64,000 nt of DNA from the NCBI GenBank assembly GCA_963717145.1, contig OY970325.1:3520001-3584000 (forward strand), given 5' to 3'. The notes under the pieces were generated by a model. The model was not told where the DNA came from and did not search any database. It saw nothing but the letters and a program-made list of their open reading frames with translations. Source of the stretch: an uncultured Armatimonadetes bacterium. Lineage in GTDB: Bacteria > Armatimonadota > UBA5829 > DTJY01. How positions within the stretch are numbered: the first letter of the stretch is position 1; each line of letters starts with the position of its first letter. A program made the translations under genes and the position numbers. This document shows, piece by piece, positions 21,192 to 31,014 of the stretch.

Positions 21192-21569
21192 ATGACAATC
21201 GTCTTCTTCCGAGATCATGACGGTTCGGTGCCTGTCAAGGAGTGGTTGGATGGCGAAGTGGCAAAGCGAGATAGCCGTATTGCCGCCAAGTGCCGAGTTC
21301 GTATCGCTCTGCTCAAAGAACAGGGTCACTCGCTCCGCCGACCATTTGCCGATTATCTACGTGACGGGATCTATGAGTTACGGATAGCCTTCGGACGAGT
21401 CAACTACCGTATACTCTACTTCTTCCAGAAGGATAATCAAGCGGTCGTTCTCGCGCACGGACTCACCAAGGAAGACGATGTGCCGGATAGGGATATTGAC
21501 CTTGCCATGCAACGGAAGGCGATCTTCGAATCTGATCCGGAAAGGCACACTTACTATGAAACAGGATAG
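21192..21569 (+). CDS. RelE/ParE-superfamily toxin (HigB/Gp49-like)
   Basis: G..PVKEWL...RRPFADYLRDGIYELR...YRILYFF...VLAHGLTK. Confidence 0.85.
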   Translation: MTIVFFRDHDGSVPVKEWLDGEVAKRDSRIAAKCRVRIALLKEQGHSLRRPFADYLRDGIYELRIAFGRVNYRILYFFQKDNQAVVLAHGLTKEDDVPDRDIDLAMQRKAIFESDPERHTYYETG

Positions 21570-21882
21570 AAAGCGAATGACAGATGCTGTCGAGATAATG
21601 GATCGCAGCTACGGCGGGAGCCCGGATTGGGACAGGCTTGTTGCAGAAGAAGCACTCAAAGTGAGTGTTGGGCAGCTAGTCTATGACCTCCGGCAGGAAG
21701 CCGGGCTTTCGCAGACAAAGCTTGCCGATCTCGTGGGCACCAGCCAGTCGATCATTTCCAAGGTCGAGAATGCGGACTACGAAGGCAGCGCCCTGGAGAT
21801 TCTCTCGCGCGTCTGCTTTGCCCTCCATCGAAGCATAAGCGTCGGGCGGAAGAAAGACGGCCCGGTTGCCGTTGCCTGCTAG
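21556..21882 (+). CDS. XRE-family HTH antitoxin (HigA-like)
   Basis: LRQEAGLSQTKLADLVGTSQSIISKVEN; overlaps the toxin 3' end. Confidence 0.85.
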   Translation: MKQDRKRMTDAVEIMDRSYGGSPDWDRLVAEEALKVSVGQLVYDLRQEAGLSQTKLADLVGTSQSIISKVENADYEGSALEILSRVCFALHRSISVGRKKDGPVAVAC

Positions 21883-21894
21883 CTGTTTCATTGG

Positions 21895-23262
21895 CTACTT
21901 CGCCTGGGGCGCCTTCTTCAGGAAAAAACTCGGCAGAGGCCCGTTATCGACCTCCGCTAGCTCAGCGCGAAAGGAGTATTCCACATCCTTGTTACCAGGA
22001 TCGGCTTTCCCTTTGCTCGATCTAAACGCGAGGTCGAATCTCCTCAACTGCCCCCGTTCATTCACCCACAATGTCAGAGTGTTAACGCCGGACACCCAAT
22101 AGCCGGCCGGACCTGGTAAGTCCCTTTCGAGGACCATTACATCGGTCTTTTCCCCACCAATAGATTCCTGACCCTGATGTGACACTTTGGAAAATGTGTC
22201 GGCAATCTGGAACCCCTGGAACAATTGGGGGATGATAATGAGGTAGCCGAACGCGGGATCGACCAATGCACCGCCGTATTGGTCTGCATCACTCTTGGAT
22301 AGGGGTGACAACCTGCGAGGCTCTTCAATGTCGCTGCCATACAAATCGGGGGATTGGAAATACACCTGGTAAGTGCCGAACTTCCGATCATCCAGAGTCT
22401 TGGCATCAAGGCCCATGTTTCTCGTCATGCTGACGGTAAGCACGGCTGTTTTCAGGCCGGTATAGTGTTTTGTCATCCGCCGCATCACTTCCTGACCCGT
22501 CGGCGTGCTCCCCGGCATTGTTCCTGGTAGCGATTTGCTCCCTTGCACTTTGCTCAGGAATGAACTCGGCAGAGGACCGTCTTCAACTACGCTGATGTCC
22601 GTACGGTATGAGTTGATGAGGTCCTTGGCCTTGAGATTGGGGTTGCTGAATGTGGCAGTGAGGGCGACCTCGAACCTCTTCAGCTGCCCCAGTTGGTTTA
22701 CCCACAGTGTGACGACTGTTGAGCCCCCAACCCCGAAGTTGGTTCCCTCATCTCTCTCGAAAACGACCACATCCGCCCTTTCCCCGCTTAAGGGCTTCTG
22801 ACCTTTGTAGGCCACTTTGGGAAATGTTTCGGCGATCTGGAAGCCCTGGAATAACTGGGGGATAATGATCAGACGGCCGACGGCCGGATTCTCCAGGGCA
22901 CGGCCTAGTTCGTCCACCTGGCTCTTCGACAACGGTGACAATCTCCGAGGCTCTTCAGTGTCGCTGCCATACAGATCGGGAGACTGGAAACAGGCCCGGT
23001 ATGGGAGAAGTTTCTCCTCGTCGCCAGCCTTGCCGTCAACGACCGAGCTTGTGATCGTCTCTGCAGTCAACACCGCCGTCTGCAGGCTGGCATAGTGCTT
23101 TCTCATCCGCCCCATCACTACCTGAACCCTGGATGAGCCTCCCTGGACAGTCTCTTTGACGGCGTTCACCTCCTGGCTGCACACTCCGACACTCCCCGTC
23201 GCGACCACCAAGCACACGCATACGGTGAGCCACACTAGCGAAAACAAGCAAACGCTTTTCAT
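21895..23262 (-). CDS. Exported protein with two tandem homologous domains (possibly LolA-like)
   Basis: GAGGAGG RBS, signal peptide; FQSPDLYGSD.EEPRRLSPLSKS and IIIPQLFQGFQIA each occur twice. Confidence 0.6.
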   Translation of the reverse strand: MKSVCLFSLVWLTVCVCLVVATGSVGVCSQEVNAVKETVQGGSSRVQVVMGRMRKHYASLQTAVLTAETITSSVVDGKAGDEEKLLPYRACFQSPDLYGSDTEEPRRLSPLSKSQVDELGRALENPAVGRLIIIPQLFQGFQIAETFPKVAYKGQKPLSGERADVVVFERDEGTNFGVGGSTVVTLWVNQLGQLKRFEVALTATFSNPNLKAKDLINSYRTDISVVEDGPLPSSFLSKVQGSKSLPGTMPGSTPTGQEVMRRMTKHYTGLKTAVLTVSMTRNMGLDAKTLDDRKFGTYQVYFQSPDLYGSDIEEPRRLSPLSKSDADQYGGALVDPAFGYLIIIPQLFQGFQIADTFSKVSHQGQESIGGEKTDVMVLERDLPGPAGYWVSGVNTLTLWVNERGQLRRFDLAFRSSKGKADPGNKDVEYSFRAELAEVDNGPLPSFFLKKAPQAK

Positions 23263-23311
23263 GAGAGCCTCCTCTTCTGAGAACATATTCGGGCTCCATG
23301 CCGGAGTTCCC

Positions 23312-24778
23312 GTAACAGTTCAGGCTTAGGGATTATTTTGTCTGTAAGAAGAAGGAACCTGCTGGGAGCGTCTCGAACCAAGGAGTGTGAGCGAGCAATC
23401 CAAGCCGACATACGAGGAGCTTGAGGCCAGGGTCAGCCAGTTGGAAGGTCTAGTTCCCCAACTCGTGGCGCGTATCGGCGACCTGGAGAAGGAGAACGAA
23501 GACCTTCGCGCCAGGCTTTCCGGCGGTGATGGCAGTTCCCCATCCGTGCCTGACTGGGTGAAGCCGAACCGCAAAGAGCGCCGGGCAGCTGAACGAAAGA
23601 AGCGCAAGAAGTCGTTCGTGCGCAGGCGGGAGACACCCACCCGTGTAGTCGAGCACGCGCACTCGAAGTGTCCGGACTGCGGCCGAGCGCTCACAGGGGG
23701 CACGGTAAAGAGACTCCGCCAAGTCATCGACATCCCCATCGTGCCTGTGGACGTAGTCGAGCACAGGTTCATCGCCAGAAGATGCGGATACTGTGGCAAG
23801 AGTCATGTGCCGAAGGTTGACCTTTCCGGCCAGGTTGTAGGCAAGCATCGGGTAGGCGTGAACCTGATGAGCCTGATATCGTATCTTTCGACGGTAGGTC
23901 GCATGACAAAGCGGACGATACAGGGATTGCTGAAGGCTCTGTATGGTCTTCAGCTCTCTGTGGGAGAGATAAGCGAGATATTGCACACGGTGGCAGACTG
24001 TGGCAAAAAAGAGAAAGAGCGGCTACTCTCGCTTGTACGTGGAAGCCCATACATAAACGCAGACGAGACGGGCTGGAGAGAGGATGGGCTGAACGGATAC
24101 ATCTGGACCTTCTCCACTAAGAACGTGCGCTACTTCATCTACCGGCGGAGTCGGAGTGGAGAGATCCCGAAGGAAACGATAGGCGGCGACTACGAAGGGG
24201 TAGTGGTAACGGATTGCTATGCCGGATACAACCCGGTAGTTGCAGACCGCCAGATATGCTGGGCACATCTGGCCAGGGATCTGCACAAACTGAAGGAGAG
24301 GAACGCGGACGACACGGGCGTCATCGCATGGGCGGATGCGGTGAAGGGTGTTTACGATCGGGCAAAGGAGTTCCGGAGCAAGAAGGCGGAGGTTCGCAAG
24401 TGGAAGCGAGTACTCTTCGAGGAAGAGGTAGAGGCGCTCTCAGGTCCGTATGTCGGCTCAGATGCTCCACAGCAGACGCTGGCAAAGAGATTCATAGATC
24501 GCTTGCACGAGTTGTTCATGTTCGTAGAGTACCCGGAAGTACCGTCGGACAACAATGGCGCAGAACGAGCGCTGAGGCCGTGTGTGATCGCCCGCAAGGT
24601 ATGCGGAGGCACACGAAGCGCGAAGGGTTCCGAGACAAAGATGACGCTCATGAGTCTGTTTGGCACATGGCACGTCAGGGGTCTGGACATGCTCGAATCA
24701 TGCAGGCAACTGCTCGCAGGCAAGTCTGTCCTCTTCCCTGCCTGATCAAACTCGTTATCCCCAAGCGTGAACTGTTAC
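23312..24778 (+). mobile_element. IS66-family element, copy 2
   Basis: Same 1467-bp length, ends and ORF translations as copy 1; its own TSD GAGTTCCC at 23304-23311 and 24779-24786. Confidence 0.95.
23387..24745 (+). CDS. IS66 family transposase
   Basis: Protein identical to 1797..3155. Confidence 0.95.
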   Translation: MSEQSKPTYEELEARVSQLEGLVPQLVARIGDLEKENEDLRARLSGGDGSSPSVPDWVKPNRKERRAAERKKRKKSFVRRRETPTRVVEHAHSKCPDCGRALTGGTVKRLRQVIDIPIVPVDVVEHRFIARRCGYCGKSHVPKVDLSGQVVGKHRVGVNLMSLISYLSTVGRMTKRTIQGLLKALYGLQLSVGEISEILHTVADCGKKEKERLLSLVRGSPYINADETGWREDGLNGYIWTFSTKNVRYFIYRRSRSGEIPKETIGGDYEGVVVTDCYAGYNPVVADRQICWAHLARDLHKLKERNADDTGVIAWADAVKGVYDRAKEFRSKKAEVRKWKRVLFEEEVEALSGPYVGSDAPQQTLAKRFIDRLHELFMFVEYPEVPSDNNGAERALRPCVIARKVCGGTRSAKGSETKMTLMSLFGTWHVRGLDMLESCRQLLAGKSVLFPA

Positions 24779-24817
24779 GAGTTCCCTGCCGGGCGGGCGA
24801 TCGGGTATAATGAGCGC

Positions 24818-26209
24818 ATGAGCAGGCAGGGACCGAACGTCATATTCATCACCACCGACCATCAGCGCTATGATTGTGTGGGCGCGAACGGCAACCCGCA
24901 GATCCGGACGCCGGTGCTCGACCGCCTGGCGTCCGAGGGAGTCAGCCTCGACCGGTGCTACGTCCAGAACCCGCTGTGCATGCCGTCGCGCGCCTCGATC
25001 TGGACCGGCAGATACCCGCAGAACCATCGCGTGACCGACAACGGCATCGCGCTCCCCAAGCACGAGATGACGATGCCGCGCGCGTTCAGTCAGGCGGGCT
25101 ATCGGACCGTGAACATCGGCAAGCTCCACTTCCTCCCGCACTACGGGCGAGATCACACGCAGAACGACCGCGAGTACTCCGGCTACGGCTATGACACCAA
25201 CCTGCTCTCCGACGAGCCGGGCTGCTACCGTGATGCCTACATCCGCTGGATCGAGAAGGTCGCCCCGGAACACCTCGAGGCGGTCCGTGTGCCGGTACCA
25301 GTCCCGGGCAAGGAGAATGGGCGGAACCACTTCCAGGGATGGGTCTTCGGCGCGCCGGAGGAGTTCAGCCATCCCGCGTGGATCGCTCACGAGGCGTGCA
25401 AGTTCATCTCGGCGTATGAGGATAGGCCGTTCTTCCTGAGCCTCGGGTTCTACGCGCCTCATCCGCCGCTCAATCCGCCGCAGCGGTATCTCGATCTCTA
25501 CGATCCGAAGTCGCTCCCTCTGCCGAAGCAGCATCCGGCTGATATGGAGAAGAGCGCGCTCCGGGACATCACTCCGCACCAGTGGCGGGAGGATATCGCG
25601 TACTTCTACGCCATGTGCAGCCTGGTGGATCACCACGTCGGCCGCGTGATCGAGGCCCTCGATGAGAACGGCCTGCTCGACGACACGCTCATCGTGTTCA
25701 TGAGCGATCACGGGGACGCGCTCGGCGAGCATGGGATGGTGAACAAGGGTCCGTCGAACTACGAGTCGATCGTGCGGGTGCCGTGCATCATGTGCTGGCC
25801 GGATGGACTTCCGGCAGGGAGGCGCGTCTCGGGGCTGGTAGAGGCGGTGGATATCTTCCCGACTCTCTGCGAGCTGACCGAGGTGCCGATACCCAAGGGC
25901 GTCAAGGGTCGAGACATGGCATCACTCCTGAGGGGCGAAACCGATCAGGGCCGGGAGAGCGTCCTAATCGAGCACAAGAACCCGACCACCGGCTTCTCGG
26001 TCAAGACGCTTCGGACGGAGGAGTTCAAGTATTTCCGCTACAACGACGACCGCGAGGTGCTCTACGACCTGCGCGAGGAGGACGAGGAGGTCTTCAACCG
26101 CGCGGACGACCCGAAGTACGCCTCCGACATCGCGCTCCTCCGCGGCCAACTGCTCTCCCGCCTCATCGCCGCCGAAGAGGACCTCCCTGAGAAGACGCAT
26201 CCGTACTAG
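24818..26209 (+). CDS. Sulfatase (formylglycine-dependent)
   Basis: PNVIFITTD, CMPSRAS (CxPxR), GKLH, PHPP, SDHG. Confidence 0.92.
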   Translation: MSRQGPNVIFITTDHQRYDCVGANGNPQIRTPVLDRLASEGVSLDRCYVQNPLCMPSRASIWTGRYPQNHRVTDNGIALPKHEMTMPRAFSQAGYRTVNIGKLHFLPHYGRDHTQNDREYSGYGYDTNLLSDEPGCYRDAYIRWIEKVAPEHLEAVRVPVPVPGKENGRNHFQGWVFGAPEEFSHPAWIAHEACKFISAYEDRPFFLSLGFYAPHPPLNPPQRYLDLYDPKSLPLPKQHPADMEKSALRDITPHQWREDIAYFYAMCSLVDHHVGRVIEALDENGLLDDTLIVFMSDHGDALGEHGMVNKGPSNYESIVRVPCIMCWPDGLPAGRRVSGLVEAVDIFPTLCELTEVPIPKGVKGRDMASLLRGETDQGRESVLIEHKNPTTGFSVKTLRTEEFKYFRYNDDREVLYDLREEDEEVFNRADDPKYASDIALLRGQLLSRLIAAEEDLPEKTHPY

Positions 26210-26325
26210 CTGTCGGACCAGTCTGACATGTCCGACCTGTCCCCCTCGGAAGGAATCCCTGCTCGCCAACCCGAACTAACCAGAAAGCCATTTGCGGTGG
26301 AAAACCCTATCTCGGAGGAATCATA

Positions 26326-27423
26326 GTGCTCGATATCACACCACGCGTGCTCATGGGCCCGGGCCCGAGCAACTGCGACCCGCAGGTCCTTCAGGCGATG
26401 GCGATGCCGACCCTCGGCCACCTCGACCCTGATTTCATCAAGATCATGGAGAACACCAAGGCGATGCTCCGCCGGGTCATGCTCACGGAGAACGAGCTGA
26501 CGATCCCCGTCTCCGGCACCGGAAGCGCCGGCATGGAGGCCGCGATCTGCAACCTCGTCGAGCCGGGCGACCGCGTCGTCGTCTGCGTGAACGGAGTCTT
26601 CGGCACGCGCATGGTCGACGTCTGCGGACGATACGGCGCGGAGGTCATCCAGGTCACTGCGCCCTGGGGAGAGCCGATCGATCCCAAGGATGTTCAAAAG
26701 GCGGTCGCGGGCGGTGGAATCAAGCTGGTCGGGATCGTCCATGCGGAGACCTCGACGGGCGTGCTCCAGCCGATCGAGGAGATCTCGAAGATCGTCCACG
26801 ACGCCGGCGCGCTCTTCGTGGTCGATACGGTCACATCGCTCGGAGGCCATCCGGTCCGGGTCGATGACTGGAAGATCGACGCGTGCTACTCCGGCACCCA
26901 GAAGTGCCTCAGCATCCCGCCGGGCCTCGCGCCGATCTCGTTCTCACCGGCGGCGGTCGAGGTGCTCTCGAACAGGAAGACCAAGGTCGCGAACTGGTAT
27001 CTCGACATGAATTTCATCAAGAGCTACTGGGGGCAGGACCGGGTCTACCATCACACCGCGCCGATCAACGCGATTTACGGCTTCCATGAGGGCCTGCGCC
27101 TGATCCTCGACGAGGGCCTGGAGGCTCGATGGGCGAGGCACAAGGCGAACCACAAGCTGCTGGTCGCCGGCCTGTCGGAGATGGGCATGGGGATGTTGGC
27201 CGAGCATAAGTACCGCCTCTGGAGCCTGAACGCGGTCTGCATTCCCGACGGAGCGGACGACGTGGCGGTCCGGAAGCAGTTGCTCACCGACTACAACATC
27301 GAGATCGGCGGCGGACTCGGCGACTTGAAGGGCAAGGTGTGGCGCGTCGGCCTGATGGGTGTCAGCTCGACGCCGAACAACGTGATCCTTCTCCTCGGCG
27401 CGCTGAAGACGATACTCGGATAG
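26326..27423 (+). CDS. Alanine-glyoxylate/serine-pyruvate aminotransferase (class V PLP)
   Basis: [43 protein letters not shown]. Confidence 0.92.
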   Translation: MLDITPRVLMGPGPSNCDPQVLQAMAMPTLGHLDPDFIKIMENTKAMLRRVMLTENELTIPVSGTGSAGMEAAICNLVEPGDRVVVCVNGVFGTRMVDVCGRYGAEVIQVTAPWGEPIDPKDVQKAVAGGGIKLVGIVHAETSTGVLQPIEEISKIVHDAGALFVVDTVTSLGGHPVRVDDWKIDACYSGTQKCLSIPPGLAPISFSPAAVEVLSNRKTKVANWYLDMNFIKSYWGQDRVYHHTAPINAIYGFHEGLRLILDEGLEARWARHKANHKLLVAGLSEMGMGMLAEHKYRLWSLNAVCIPDGADDVAVRKQLLTDYNIEIGGGLGDLKGKVWRVGLMGVSSTPNNVILLLGALKTILG

Positions 27424-27437
27424 GTCACAGGCAATAC

Positions 27438-27534
27438 CGTGTAGCCTAGCCCTTTATGGGCGTTCGCCGTGAGACAAGGACACCCATGATAGGCCAGGCT
27501 CACGGCGAACGCCCATAAAGGGCTAGGCTACACG
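27438..27534. repeat. Long inverted repeat (GTAG-type REP doublet)
   Basis: Perfect 36-bp arms: CGTGTAGCCTAGCCCTTTATGGGCGTTCGCCGTGAG and its reverse complement. Confidence 0.9.
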
Positions 27535-27541
27535 TTCTCAG

Positions 27542-29628
27542 ATGCAGGTTATGTCCAAAGCTATGGCAAGTCTTACTGACCGCCTGCGCGCGGTGATGCC
27601 CCATGACGCCGTGGTGGACGATCCCCTGCGGCTGTCGTTCTACGGCTACGACGGCACGTTCTACGAGGGGATGCCGGATGTCGCCATCCTGCCCGAGACG
27701 ACCGAGCAGGTCTCCGCGGCCGTCAAGCTGTGCGCTGAAGCGGGGATCCCGATCGTCCCGCGTGGAGCGGCGACCTGTCTCAGCGGCGGGCCGGTCCCTG
27801 TGCGGGGCGGGGCGGTGTTTTCGTTCACACGCATGGACCGCATCCTCGACCTCGACTATGCCAATCAGCGCGCGGTCGTTCAGCCCGGAGTCGTCAACCT
27901 CCAGTTCCAGAACATCCTCGCGAAGAACCGGTTCTTCTACGCGCCCGATCCCGCGAGCCAGTGCGTGTGCACCCTCGGCGGCAACGTCGGCGAGAACTCC
28001 GGCGGCCCTCACTGCCTGAAGTACGGAGTGACCGCCAACCATATCCTCGGCCTGACGATGGTGCTGCCCGACGGATCGATCCTGCGAGACCGCCCTCGAT
28101 CAGCCGGGATACGACCTCACCGGCGTGATCGTCGGCAGCGAGGGGACATTCGGCCTCGTGACCGAGATCGTCTGCCGGATCATGCCGCTCCCCGAGGCGG
28201 TCGTCACTATGCTGGCGGTCTTCGATACCCTCGACGGCGCGAGCCGTTCGGTCTCGGGCATCATCGCCGAGGGGATCATCCCCGCCACGCTCGAGATGAT
28301 GGACAACACGACGATCCGCGCGGTCGAGAAGCATCTCAGCGCCGGGTATCCGGTCGACGCGGAGGCGGTCCTGCTGATCGAACTCGACGGGCCCGAAGGG
28401 AACGCTCCCGGACCAGGTGAACCGGGTCGCGCAGGTCTGCAACAAGAACGCGGTCCGCGACTTCCGGGTCGCTGAGGATGAGGCCGAGCGCGCGCTCCTC
28501 TGGAAGGGTCGAAAAGGCGCATTCGGGGCGGTCGTCAACATCGCGCCGAGCAAGATCTGCACCGACATCTCAGTCCCGCGCACCGAACTCCCGAAGGCGC
28601 TGGCGGCCGTGGTCGAGATTGGCCGAAAGCACGACATCCCGATCGCGAATGTGTTCCATGCGGGTGACGGAAACCTCCATCCGCTGATTCTCTTCGACCC
28701 GCGCGATGAGGACCAGCTGCGAAGGGCGAGGGCCGCCGATCAGGAGATCACGCAACTCGCCCTCGATTACGGGGGTGTCCTCACCGGCGAGCACGGGATC
28801 GGCTGCGGGAAGCGCAAGCACATGACGCGGATGTTCGGCCCGTCGGAGCTTCGGCTGATGCACCGGATCAAGGATGTCTTCGACCCGGAACACCGCTGCA
28901 ACCCCGACAAGATCCTCCCCGATCTGAGCGAGATCGCCGAGCCGGACCTGCCCGATCTGACCATCCGCGCGCTCGATCTTCAGCCGCTCGATCAGGATGC
29001 GGTCAGGATCACACTCGCGGTGGCGAATCGCGATGGGAAGAGGCTCTTCATTCGAAGCTCGGCCGCGAGGTCGTCTGCGCCGGATGACAGGCTTGTGCTG
29101 CACCTCGACCGCTTGAACCGGATCATCCGGCACGACCATGAGAACCTGACTGTCACCGCCGAGTGTGGAGTAACCCTGCGCGCGCTTGATGAGATGCTTG
29201 CCGCCAAACAGCAGATGCTCCCGTGCCGGCCGCCCTTCTCTGAGCATGAGACTCTCGGCGGAATGATCGCCGCTCAGGAGTCCGGGCCGAGTCGGCTGCT
29301 CTACGGTACGCCCAGGGACTTCGTCACCGGTATCAAAGCGGCTCTCCCCAGCGGCGAGATCGTCTCGTTCGGCGGATCGTGCGTGAAGAACGTTGCGGGA
29401 TATGCGGTCGAGAAGCTGCTAATCGGGTCGAGGGGGACCCTGGCGGCGATCCTCGAGGTCACCTTGCGAACCGTGCCTCGGTCTGCTATGGAGTGCGGAA
29501 GCGAAGTCTGCGGAGCTTCCGCTTTTGACATGCAACCGACTGAAAGCGGAAGCTCCGCAGACTTCGCTTCCGCACTCCATACGCGAATCAAGCGCGCATT
29601 CGACCCGAATGGGGTTCTACCGGAATGA
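27542..29628 (+). CDS. glcD: Glycolate oxidase subunit GlcD fused to a shortened GlcE-like FAD domain; frameshifts near 28090 and 28410
   Basis: PDPASQ, GGPHCLKYGVT, GSEGTFG, HAGDGNLHP, GEHGIG, then a second FAD domain ENLTVTAECG...VKNVAGY...GSRGTL. Confidence 0.8.
29487..29581. repeat. Long inverted repeat inside the glcD/E coding frame
   Basis: Perfect 39-bp arms: TATGGAGTGCGGAAGCGAAGTCTGCGGAGCTTCCGCTTT and its reverse complement. Confidence 0.9.
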
Positions 29629-30899
29629 GAGACCCGGACTTCATCGAATCTGAGCTGAGCAGGTGCAACAAGTGCGGCTACTGCATGCAGAGTTGCCCGA
29701 TCTACCGCACGACTCGCAGGGAGTCGCAGGTCGCGCGCGCCCGGAATCAGACCGTGCGAGCGATCACCGAGGGCAACGCGGAAGTCACCCGCGAGATGCT
29801 CGAGCCGTTCTTCGACTGCCTCCTCTGCGGCGCGTGCACTACCGACTGCTTCGGGCGGGTCGAGACGAAGGAGCTGATGGTCCGCGCACGCGAGGCTTTC
29901 AACGCCGAATTCGGCGACCCGGCGGTCCGGAAGTACATCTTCCGGACACTCCTCGCCGATCCGCAGATGCTCTCCACGATGGTCCGGCTGGCGAGGCTCG
30001 GCAAGCGGACCGGCATCTCGACCACCGCTCGGAACCTTGGACTCCTGCGCTGGCTCGGTCCCTCGCTCGACGCCGCGGAGGGCCTGGTGACCTCGATGCC
30101 GCCCCAGTTCCTGCGAGAGAAGCTCGTCGGCCTGGGCTTCAAAGACGTCGAGGGAGTCATGCGGCTCGATCCCGAGCACGCCACCGGTCCGCACGTCGCA
30201 TACTTCATTGGTTGCGCCACGAATTTCCAGCTCCCGGGCATGGGTGAGGCGGCGATCAGGGTGCTCTCCGCCGCCGGATGCCGGGTCACGATCGCCCCGA
30301 ACGTCTGCTGCGGGCTGCCTCCATACTCCTACGGCGACATCGAAGGCGCGCACGACCTCGCCCGAATGAACGTCGAGCTGTTCGCCGGCCTCGACTTCGA
30401 TCTGCTGGTGACCGAGTGCGGGAGTTGCAGCAGCTTCGTGAAGGAGTGGGCACGCCTGCTCCCGGATTCCCCCGAGGCCGCGGACCTGTCCGCCCGGACC
30501 CGCGACCTGACCGAACTCCTGGCGACTCTCACGCTGCCCAAGCCTCAGACCACCGGCGGGATCGTGACCTACCACGACCCGTGTCATCTCGGACGCGGGC
30601 AGGGAATCACCGACGCGCCGAGGAAGCTGCTCGTCGATGCCGGCGGTTTCGAGCTGGTGGAGATGGCGGAGTCGAACTGGTGCTGCGGGGGCGCGGGGTC
30701 ATACAACCTGAGCCATCCGGAGCTGTCGAAGGAGGTCCTCGCGCGCAAGATGAGCCGAATCGAGGAGACCGGCGCGGAGATCATCTCGACCGCGTGCCCG
30801 GCCTGCATCATCCAGCTCGACTTCGGCGCGCGCTCCCACTGCCCTCAGCGCCCTGTCCGGCACATCATCGAACTCCTCGCCGAACGCCTCGGGCTCTGA
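29625..30899 (+). CDS. glcF: Glycolate oxidase iron-sulfur subunit GlcF
   Basis: Two CxxCxxCxxxC motifs, two CCG domains, YHDPCHL, TACPAC. Confidence 0.88.
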   Translation: MRDPDFIESELSRCNKCGYCMQSCPIYRTTRRESQVARARNQTVRAITEGNAEVTREMLEPFFDCLLCGACTTDCFGRVETKELMVRAREAFNAEFGDPAVRKYIFRTLLADPQMLSTMVRLARLGKRTGISTTARNLGLLRWLGPSLDAAEGLVTSMPPQFLREKLVGLGFKDVEGVMRLDPEHATGPHVAYFIGCATNFQLPGMGEAAIRVLSAAGCRVTIAPNVCCGLPPYSYGDIEGAHDLARMNVELFAGLDFDLLVTECGSCSSFVKEWARLLPDSPEAADLSARTRDLTELLATLTLPKPQTTGGIVTYHDPCHLGRGQGITDAPRKLLVDAGGFELVEMAESNWCCGGAGSYNLSHPELSKEVLARKMSRIEETGAEIISTACPACIIQLDFGARSHCPQRPVRHIIELLAERLGL

Positions 30900-31014
30900 T
30901 CTAAGGCACGCCGGGTTCACGTCTTCGCCAGCCATGGTGGTTTCGACGTGTCAGCGGCAGGGCACTTGGCGGAAAGTCGGGTCGCCTACGACTGGATATC
31001 AGACGGGCAGGGGA

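Noticed and set aside
1722-24778. Composite transposon bounded by the IS66 copies
   Set aside because: Each copy has its own matching TSD, so they inserted separately.
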